A DNA stretch of 64,000 nucleotides from Laetmonice hystrix (lineage: Eukaryota): the NCBI GenBank assembly GCA_965235115.1, contig OZ249437.1, positions 50,902,001 through 50,966,000 on the forward strand, in the 5' to 3' direction. Below are positions 11,558 to 22,600 of the stretch, one piece after another. The translations under genes were made by a program, and so were the position numbers. The notes below the pieces were generated by a model. The model saw nothing but the letters and a program-made list of their open reading frames with translations. It was not told the origin of the DNA and did no database searches. The number at the start of each line of letters is the position of its first letter. The stretch's first letter is position 1.

Positions 11558-13686
11558 ATGAACGTTGATGTTGTTGGATATGTTCGGCCCCCAGTCCGGG
11601 GGGAGGAGTCCCCAGTCCTTGAAATGGATGGGCCCCACAGGCTATCAGCCGCACCAGGAGGTGTTACTGTGACGTAAGTTATAAGTTATTATCATTTATT
11701 TATAAACCTTCGTTTAAATCCAACTCACTTGTTAGATCCTCAATGCAGAATAATGGGTCCTGTGAATGGTTATAGCTTCAGTTGTGTCTCCAAGGCTTAC
11801 AAACTGACAGCAAGAAACGTTGACTGTTACTGGATCATGCAGACAGGAGAGGATCCATAACAAATCTACTTCTTGAATTGTCTTTCAGTCTACAACAGAT
11901 GCACCATGCTGGGACATCATCATATGATGTCTTTCAGCAGTCTGTGGTTCCACTTCTCGATGTGTTTGTGGCAGGATTTAATGTTAGTCTGATTGTGACC
12001 GGAGAGAGTGGCTCAGGGAAGTCATTTTCTGTAGCAGGAGAAGGTGTCACCAAGACTGGTATCATCCCCCTATTTATGGACAACCTATTTACAAAGATGA
12101 GGCAAGGTTTGTAAAGCCTTTTTTTAAACAGAAACTATTTTCTCTTTGCCATTGCCAATGCAGAGATGTTGGTCAAGGGGGGAGGGCAGTCCTTGAATAA
12201 GTATATGTTATCACACCGACTCAATCTTAGTATAGATCTACATGTATGATATTCTGAGCCCTTTTTTTCAGAATTGATATTTTTAACTAGAAATTAGGCC
12301 CTTCTCCACCTTGCTTTGTATTTAGGGCATAATGATATGGGAGAAAGAATTATTATCCAGTACCCTGGTATTTATTTTATAAACAAATATCACATAGGGC
12401 CTAAGACATTTCAGGATAATTCTAAAGCATGGATCTATTACAAACCAGATGAGCGTTTATTATATGATGCATCAAGGAGAGCCGAGCAACAAGTGACATT
12501 ACAGGTATATGAAATCTACAATGAGTTGGTACGAGACCTGATGCAGACTCCTAGTCTCACCACCAACTATGTGGAGATTAGCACCTCACCTACAGCAGGC
12601 CCATATCTTAAGGTACAAATCTAGACACCCAAATATTTAATGTTTGGTAGCTTTCATATTGTTAGAGCTACAGCCCGTAGCCCTAATCTATTCTGTTTCT
12701 GATCAATGTTTTAAAGTGAAGTACATGTATATTTGTAATGTTTTCCAGATTCCCTGAGAATTACATAAATAAAGTATAAATTTTGTATTCAAAAATATTT
12801 GCAAATTGTTGACACTTGAACTCGTGTAATTGAGTCATGTTTTATTAACATAGCTTTTTCCTTTGTAGAATGGTTGTGTTGCCCCAGTCAGAAGTGCAAG
12901 TGAGGGGGAAACTTTGTTTCATCAGGCATGGGCACGACGTTCTGACCACTACACAGACTTTGGTCCTGCCCAAAACCACTCCTCAATTCTCATCTATGTA
13001 GATTTGATACTGGTGAGTTTAGAAAAGTAACACTTTCATGTTTCATTGAATGGAATAACTCAAGATCAATCAATCCGTGCCTTGTTCCTCTGTAACTTAT
13101 AGCAGACCAGTGACAGCCCACTGCCAAACAAATCACGCTTCACTCTGGTGCTGACACCTGGTGGTGAAAAACTTGGAGAGGATTCACGTCAGTTGCGTGT
13201 CCGTGAGGGTCCAACGCTCAGTAAAAGTTTGGTGGCCCTCACTCAGCTTGTGGCCGCTTTGGTCAATCAGCCCTATGCTGACAGGGTAATCAATTACAGG
13301 TGAGTTTCACTTTTCTATAGTTAGACTATTAATACAGTCATAGTGCAATGCAATAGATGATGAGATAATTGCATGTTTCAAAACGAACAAAGGTTTATTG
13401 ATCATGGCAAATTGATACCCTGTATATGAAACTATATAAGGGAAACTGATCATGTAACAAAAGGAAAACTTTCAGTAATGCTTCTATTTTTTTCTTTCAT
13501 TTTTTGTGAAGTGACTCGAAACTTACATCTCTTTTGGTTGATGAACTGGGAGGCAACTGTAAGACAAGAGTCCTCCTCTGTCTGAAACCAAGGACTGACA
13601 GTTTGCTTCTAGAACCCATCATTCGTTTCACCAGTCAGTGTACACAAATCAAGAACTTTCCCATTCTCAACGACCCATTTGCTCAG
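11558..13686 (+). other. Divergent kinesin motor domain (exons 1-6 of the fusion gene, about 337 aa)
   Basis: MNVDVVGYVRP start; VAGFNVSLIVTGESGSGKSFSVAG (P-loop); VYEIYNELVRDLM; LSKSLVALTQLVAAL; INYSDSKLTSLLVDELGGNCKTRVLLCLKP; IRFTSQCTQIKNFPILNDP (helix 6 / neck). Confidence 0.93.
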
Positions 13687-16600
13687 GTAAACAAAACGTT
13701 TACAAAAAGTTGGTAAAACTGAGTTTAAAATCATTTGAAGATTATAAAAGAAATAACAGAAACATAGCGGCTATAACTTCAGCGTGGTTTACAAAAAACA
13801 GGGTACAATTATATAATGTGACCGCTTCAACCTTTCAGCAACTTGTGACCCAGTACCGAGCTCGTGTCCAGAACCTTCAACAACAGCTAGGTTGGAACAC
13901 TGGCCTGCCAAACCCAAATCTTGCCTTTGACACTCAGGTCGAACTGAGACGGCTGCAGACTGAAAACGTAATATTGACGTCATATTTCACCCAGAAATAT
14001 ATGTGGGGTGAAACAGTAATATACTGATAATTACTAAATAAGTTATGAGTAGTAGTTAAAAAGGAGGAATGCCTTCCAATTCGGAAAGTTCTTGAGAAGT
14101 TCTTTTTGTGTGATTATTTTCAAAATGTACTTGACGTTATATCTCAGAATGTGCTAACATGATAATTTAGCTTTGGTGCCGCTAGGTGACGCTACGTGAC
14201 CAGAACGACCGCCTGCAGGAACGATTAGACCATCTTCATGATAAGTTTGGTTCATTAGCGTCTACAAAGACGGACATCTCGTCACAGCTTCTCATGACTG
14301 AGGAGGAAAAACTTAAAGTAATAACCATCAGTGAATTATGCTTCAGAAGAGATCAAATTTGTACACTGATGAAGTAACTTAGTAAGAAGGGAAAAAAATG
14401 TCTTAACTTATATGCATGACAGCAATTTTTACAAATAAATTTATGTCTCTCTCGACTCTACTTGGATGAGTAATTAGGGTATACGAGCCATAAAGCTGGC
14501 CAAAAAACAGCACAAACGACACAAGAAATAACTTTTTAATTTCAGATATCAAAAACACTAGTTGAGATGCAAATGGAGAACAACAAGCTTAAAGAAGAAT
14601 GTGAAGCCACAAGATTTGAGCTCACGAATAAAGTACGTCCAGTGTTCGCCAGAGTGCTTGTCTGGAGTTGAGACATGATGTGCAAAAATTTCTTCCATTT
14701 TAACATTAAAAAATTATTGTGGCAAAATGAGATGGTAATGCGATGATATTATGACTACAAGTAGGCGGTTCAATATGCAAGGTCTATCTGTATGAAAAGT
14801 GGTTTCATGCCAATTTGTTCTTTAACCTCTCCATTTGTCTACGTTTAAAATGTTCAATAGTTGTTATCTGTTTATCAATGGGATCTAAGTTGTTCCCCAG
14901 GTATCCTCCTCTGAAACAAACGCTTTTGGTGAAAAGAGCATTTTTGGGGTGCTGTACAATTCTTTATCTAGTTTGTGTGTAGCCATAAGAAGGTATTAGA
15001 GTAAGACGAAATCTTTGAGGATGAAACATAAAACCATTGAATAGGAATGCTAGAATTGAATGGATATGTGGTTGTCGGGCATCTGAGTTTTTAAGGTCTT
15101 TCTGCAAAAGTATAGATCAAACATATTTTTCACAGGTCTTGCAGCTTGAGAGTGATTTATTACAAATGGACAATGATCGGGAAAAACATGCCAGAGAAGC
15201 TGCTAACGTGCAGGATCAGTTTTCAGCTTTACAACGCGATCGTAAAGAACTTGCAGACGAGTATGTGACCCTGAAAGCCAACTATGCTCGCCTCAACGAC
15301 GCTCATGATCGGGAGGTTAGACGTCGGCCGACTTTACGTAATTCTAGAATCATAGACGGCGAAATTGCACTACGTCCCCAATAATGTTATTTGGTGGGGG
15401 CCATATTGCCTCAAGTATATATTTTTCTATTGAATATCATTAATTAGGCCTCTTCCTAGTCAAGATCATGTTCCCCTACCACAGTATATTATATGATTCA
15501 CTGCACATGAGAATACACATGTACATGTATCTCTTTTAACACGTCTTGCCCATTGTGAAAATACTTTGACTGGACTCTGGAAAAAATATTTCACAAGGCA
15601 AAGTATTTGCTCTAACCAAAAACAATCAGACAAAGTCTCATCTTTGCTATTATTGGGAAACGGGAAGTGCTCTGTGCGAGTGTAATTCATTGTACGTTCA
15701 GAGGCAATTTTTGCAATTTCTTTCTTGTCCGTCAGGTTGCAAAGAATTCTGAGCTGAGTGTGGAGTTGTTGAATCTGGTGAATGGGAAGGCTGCACTTAT
15801 GAAGGAAATGGAACAACTGGAACTGTCGGGTAAAAAATACGGGGACTCAAATACTGAAGTGGAGAGAGTGCGGGCCATTGTCAGTCGAATGTCTCAACAC
15901 AGGGTAAAAACACATGAAGGATTTTTGTATTCTTCACCACTTTTTAATATACTTACAGTACATGGGGTGTCTGCAGACTAAGGAGTAATGTATCCGGGGG
16001 CTGTTTTATTTTGTAATCACATTATTGATGGTATTCTTAATGTTTGAATTTGGCCACAATATTTTGTTTTACATTTCGGTTTTTAGATGGATGATCTCAT
16101 GGCATCTGATGAAGACCGACAAAATGTTGCGAAACGTGTAAGTTTTGAAAAAAGTCAGTATATATTTTGTTATCAATGCAAGTAGTAGTTTACCGAATGT
16201 ATATGAGAATAACATTGTAATCTATAAGAAAAGCTACAGTTGTTGCTTCTTTACAGTTGTTTGGGTCAACAGCACAGCTGGAGCAAGAATTGCTGGCATT
16301 GCGTACCCAGCATGGTGACCAGATGCAAAAAATGGAGAGAAGACTGCAAGTACCTCTCAGTACAAATGTATACGTTGGGTATTTTGGTATCCCCAGCAGA
16401 TGCTTTTGGTTCCTCGTGAATTGTTTTATCTTTATTTGCACCAGTATCTTCCTTTTTTCAGAAATTGCAGTCTAAAGGTTATGCCTGCTTTTACCTGATG
16501 AACTCTAACGATAAATGGTATAAGTTTGTGTGCGATTGTCATTAACCTTATCAGGGCAGACTTAAGAAACGAAGTACACGATGCTCGAAACGTGGCACGG

Positions 16601-19600
16601 GAACGGCAACAAAAGGTCTCCGAAATGAATGCCGTGAGTTGAATGAAATTGGTCTGCCTATTTACCAATACTTGATCTGACCTAGCCCAGGTTTCTTAGT
16701 GGAGCTTGAGTCGAAATTTACTGCTCAAACTCACGAAGCCTGCGTAGGCGTCTTATGCCCGATTTCCACCGAACGCGAGCGAGCGATTTGTTTTGGTGCG
16801 CGCGCTTGCGTCAAAAGTAGAAATGTAGTTGAAGAGATTTCCACCAGACGCGCGTTTACAATCCATGAGATGTTTGCTGCAATATATTACAGCGTCTGAT
16901 CACCCAGCACGCAGAGGTTGAACAACTGAAGAGTCAGAACAATCGCATGCAACACAAACTGAAAGACGCCACTGATAACTTCCGCTCCCGTCTTGTCAAA
17001 TACGTGGAAGATATTGCTGTTAGTATTACTAGTAAATCGTCCTTCATACTTCTCTTGAATTACCAGTTTGAACAGAGCCCGTAAAAATGGAGTCAATTCT
17101 TGTTAACCTTATACATGTATATACTTGTTAATATGAAAGAGTTGATATTCATACACAACTGTCGGGAAATGCATTTTCCCTAATGTTATTAATTTTGTTG
17201 CTTATATTCATGAATTGAGGCATGCCTCTACATTGAGCAAAAATTAAATGGGCCTAGCTTAAGTCTATTGTTAAAGGGGCCCCGTCAATTAAAAGGTACG
17301 TTTCATATTTGGGGGGAATTGACGGAGTCCCTTTAACCCCAAGTGGAGGGGCAAGGCCCAATATCCACCCCCGCCCCCCACGCCCACCACAGTGCGACAC
17401 TCGGGCGGCAGTGCCTGTATCTCATACAGCATTGCGTAAGCGTCGGTGGTTTTTGGAAATTTACGTTTTAGAATATGAAAATGAACGTTTGCTTAATGAG
17501 GTCTGACAGTGCGTTATGTTTGTATGCTTGGCCCGCAAGGTAACAGTATATTGTGGAGACACTCTTGGCCTTTCAATGAAATCACCTAATAAAGTGTGTA
17601 ATTATTCCTACGGAAGCAATACATGGATGGGCGGAGTGACGCAGGGCCGTCTGCTGGCCAGGAACAAATGCGCGACTATGTGCGTGGCATGCATGGAGAT
17701 CTACGTAAGGCCCATAATGTACGGGAAATGCAGTTAAGCCAGGCAGCACAACACTACAAAAACCATTTGAAGGATGTGGTGTCCACACATGAGCAGTTAT
17801 TGATTGCTTACAGGTGAGGGCTGACTAAATCTTGCTGTATAAATTGCACGTGGAGAACGCACCCAGACAGGCCTGAAATTAATAGGTTCATCTTGGCCCT
17901 GAATAAGGTAGTGGCATCGAGTCAGCATTTCTTAAAGGGTGACTCCGAGTGCTCGGAATTAGTTAGTGTCAGGGTGCTATTCAAATATTATGCCCACAGG
18001 ATTGAATTGGGGGCGGATCTAGAAGGATCTGAAAGGATCTAGTGGATTCAAGGGGGTCTAGGGGTGGGCATTTAGGGTCAGTGTGTTGAGGGGGCGGGTC
18101 TCGTGCCCCCTAGGCCTCATAGTATCAGTAGAATTTAGAAAGCAAGAAATTGGCTGGCCTTGCTTGGCGGATTATTAAGACATTTATTAATTATCGGGTC
18201 TGATAGTTCCATCTAAGATTTGTAGTCCCTTACTTTCAAGTCAACATCATCATCAGTCCCCTTTTTTACCCAGCTGTAATATCACGCTTGACCTGCTAAG
18301 AGGTCTTTACGGGGATAAGAAATACATTCAGGTTTAAACATGGATTGGTAACACCTGAGAGATCCGTGTAGATAGCTGTCAAGATGATGACTTGACAAGG
18401 GTGTATGTTTTATTTGCTGTATGGCAGAAATCTCCGGCTAAAGGTTCAGAGTGGCACAGGTGGCGGCACTGAACTGGGACCTGCCTGTGATGAGTTCCGA
18501 TTATCGGAGCCAGAATTTACCAGTGCCCATCAGAAGGAGATAGATAGATTGAGGGAGGAACTGGATCACGCTTCAAGCCAGCTGGAACGGCTGCAGTTAG
18601 GAGTAAGTGTCAGGGCTCTTGGACGTTCTTTCTTTTTTCTGAATGGAAAATGTTTTTTTTTTCTCTCTCATAATGTGTATTGTTGGTGTTGATTCAGAGC
18701 TATGAACTGGTTGTTATGGATGGTTACTTTAAAATATAGGAGCGGCAGTCAGAACTGGGTATTGGTGTACATACTTTCATTTTAGGTTTGAATCCATTTC
18801 AAAAGAAGTTTTTTTTACAACGTTCATGATTAGATAAATCTAATTATTGTTAGTGCACTGTATAGAAACGGAGAAGACTTAACTTGTATTTGCTTTTTCT
18901 TTTTTTGTAGATAATTTTAACAGGTCAGGCGACCCTTTAACCATACAACTATTATAAAAATTGAATAAGAAGTGATCCCTTGGAAGCTTAGATCTTTTAC
19001 TGGAAGAAAACAAAAGGAATATGTTGATTGAGTGTTTCTTTTTTCTTTCGGTCCCTGACAGACCAAGGCAGTAATTGGAAAAGGCGCTAGTGTTGAATGA
19101 GCGAATTTTCAATTTGCATTTTTAATCTTTCACTCTGTTACCATTTTCCCCAATTTATTTGTTTCAGATAAGAATTGATGAGAAAGCAGATACTAAAGAC
19201 AAAAGGTCTGTATTACAACGCATTGATGTTGAAGATATTTATTTCAGCTGGACGATTTTCTTTATTTTATTTTTAGTCCCATAGATTGGAAGCTACGTAA
19301 TACACACATGACTCGTATATCACTTGAACCACTAAATCAAAGCAGAATGTCAATAAAAACATCCCTTCCACTGTTGTAGCAGTCCATGTTTGGGCCTCTG
19401 GGCTGAAGTCAATAGAAAGATTGTGAGAAAAAAGTAACAATTCCTATTTGTCTTTAAATCAGTGCTACCAATCTCCTGCCTGCTTAGTTAGCAAACAGCA
19501 TGGCTTGCACAGATCGTACCATGGTGAAGACCTACTTGAATTGTAAGCAATATTTTCCACCGCACTCTTCCCACTGTTATCAGTTTGTGGCAGATGACAT

Positions 19601-22600
19601 AGGATCGATAGCTTATCTGTGTCGTCGAGGACTTGATTAGCACTGGCAGAGTGTCAATACTATTATACATTGACCGTATACAATTTACAAAGTCTTGCTG
19701 CTGGTGCTGCTGGTGTTGGCGCTGCTGGTGTTGCTTCTGCTGCTGCTGCGGCTGCTGCTGCTGCTGGTGCTGCGGCCTCTTCAGCTTCACAACATTGTAT
19801 CCACGAACAATACCACTTTCCTTTTAGGCCAGACACAACGTGCCGGGTGGCTCGATTTCAACTTATGTGAAGAATCTTCTTATAATTTTTAAGGTCAACC
19901 TGGTTGGAAACTAGATCACATGAATAAATGAGAAAACAGCAAAGAAATGAGCAAATTTATGCGGGAAAACGGGAAGCACCATCGGGGACTCTACATACTT
20001 GTATATACGGTATAGCGTTGTCCCAAAATCTGATGTTAAAAGGATGGTTCCTGGATGTTATTATCATGGTACAACCAGCATCAGTCAATGACTATAGATC
20101 TGGATTAAAAACATATACTGACGGCAATAAAAACGCATAGGACGACCGTTTCATTATGAAATCTGAATTACACATGAACATTTTGACAGCAATCTCAGGC
20201 CTAACGTCGCAGATTTCGCTTGGAGTTAGAGACGGTAGAATTATATCTATTAAAGGACGGATCATTTAGATACACAATTTTTTTTATTTTTTACACGTTT
20301 TTACGAAACAAGCTGACTCCATGTTTAAATGCTCCATGTTGCATGGAAGCCACGAATCAAAGCCTGTCTAATAAGACGCCAAATAATTCACAACAACGCG
20401 AGGTACACTACAGGGTATAATATACATGTATATAGTGAGGTGTCATTTCCATATTATATTGTACCGCCTTTGATAGCTTACTTTTTCAATGTCAATTCAA
20501 AGAATCCCTAAGTTAGCTGAAAAGCGTTTAATTTGTTGCCAGTCGACGGATGGACAGAGGCCCTGATCGGGACGGGTCGTGGACAGAACTCCGTCGTCAG
20601 ATGCGCCAGTGGTCGGAAGGCACACAGCAGCAGTTGGAGACCGAGCGAGCCCAGCTACTTACTGCCAACACCATGCTGGAAGAGGAGAACGGCCAACTGA
20701 AGAGTTACATTGACACACACCTCAAAAGGTGAGTGCGAATGATACTGGCAGGCGTTGGAATGAGCCAACCAGGTGCTGTGCAGGCTCATATTATTGTAGA
20801 TGGAATGGGACATTTTAAGGGGAATGAGTAAAAATAATTTTCAAACATGATATTGAAAAAAGAAAAGAAATACACACTGTGCAAAGCCGTCTGTACCATT
20901 CATTCAATAATGTCTAATGAATGCACCGTTAAGCACACTCAAAAGAGAGCGAGAAGACAATTATTTGGAAATAACACATTTATTTCCCTCCCGGAATGAT
21001 GAAATACCTAGGAATCTAAAAAGGGCGTAACAAGATGATTGCTGAGATAATGAGGAAAATTATTGATAGCTGTTTTTGGTCAGGTTGATGAACAGATGAG
21101 ATGAAGATACCGATAATGACATTATCAAAAGAAAATGAATGGTGAGTTTAATTGACTTGGCCGTGTGAGTGTGGGAAAACGGGGTAATTCGTTGAATTAC
21201 CAGGTAGAATGGAAACGTGTGAAAGGCAGGGGGAGTGGAGTCGAGAATGGAAACACCACTAGTGTTTACCCTAGCCATGATAATATTCTAATTATGGGCA
21301 GAATTTCGAATTTTGCCCTTTAGAAACAAGTGAATGAGGTTTGTTAAGCTTTTCATTCTTGTACCGAGAACAGAACTGGAGGCTAATATGTATTACACCT
21401 CAATGGTTCAGTGATCATCATAATTCATGTGACAGTGCAGCTGCTGTTTCCTGATTGGTCCCCACGCCTGCATGGACAATCCCACATGTCGGGTTTTATC
21501 CCTTGGACCTTAATCCCCCACTTACCTGTCCTATTCCCTAGCAGAATGAGACAATGTCATCATGTCTATTGGTTTTAACTCTCTCCCCCCCCCCCCGAGA
21601 TTTCCTGGAAATAGATCCTCTTCTGGTCGTTGCCTTATCATGAATAAACATGGCATGATTTAATTGTGGTACTGAAGCTGATGCTGCGTATCAAAACACT
21701 GAAAACTTTTTTGGCCGAAGCCAGGTGACTGTTGAACCACGCTTGGTAGGTGCTGGATGTGAACGGTGATTGAAGGCGTCTGGTATGTGAATCAACGCGG
21801 CGAATACTATTATATTAGATATACAGAACTTCATATAGACATATATCATATACTGTAACAATACTAGTGGCAAAATACACTCTCGGCTGATAGAACTGAG
21901 ACCTATTATGGTGGTCGTATATACCGGGCTAAGTCAATATTAATACTCGCATTTTGTTGGGCAGTATTTGTTTTGGTTGTTTGAAGGCCTGTTGAAATAA
22001 ATTTCTAGAATTAAGACATTTTTTTAATGACAACGTTTTCACTTTAATGTAGAATCCAGAATGCTAAAAAATTCAAAAAGGTCACGTGAAGATTTATTTC
22101 ACAGTTTAATAATGTTTTGTTTGATAATTTTTATTAACAAAACGTAATTTTTCGTCGAGTAATCAGGCGATAGAAATTTTTGTTCTTGTGTTAAGTCGCA
22201 CAAATATCCTGTGAAAATAGTTGTGATTTCAAGACTGATTCTAATGAAAACAGCAAGAACTCGTAATGTGACCTTGAAGCGGAATGCTAAATGGGATGTT
22301 TTCTTCACCTTTTTATTACTGTGGGTATTTGTGATGGTGGTAATTAGATGGCAGACAGAGATAGCTCCAGAATTATACGGAGGCTGAGCTGGAGATTCCA
22401 TCCATCACAAGGGCAGATAATCTCCTGGCTGTTGGCCGACAAATGATTCGTGAGATAGTGACATGCCCCATTGTCTGCCGTGAAGGCCGGATGACGTCTC
22501 TGTATTGTCCTTGAATACAATAAACCAGTATCCTTGTGTCCCAGGTGGCATTCATATTTATCTTGATATAAGCCATGTTTTCTCACTGCAAACCTTAACT

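Noticed and set aside
11847-11888. Alternative upstream acceptor for kinesin exon 2
   Set aside because: In frame, but lacks a pyrimidine tract; tctttcag at 11888 is the better acceptor.
16350-16480. GT donor at 16350, or a micro-exon from 16462, in the CCDC78 part
   Set aside because: The GT donor and the 16462-16477 micro-exon give a frameshift or an immediate stop in the next exon. An 8-nt version (16462-16469) keeps frame but has a very poor donor, so the GC donor at 16346 was preferred.
19488-19892. Poly-Gln, poly-Cys and poly-Leu ORFs
   Set aside because: They are alternative frames of one (GCT/CAG)n tract; only the Ala frame is phase-compatible with the host gene, and even that is doubtful.
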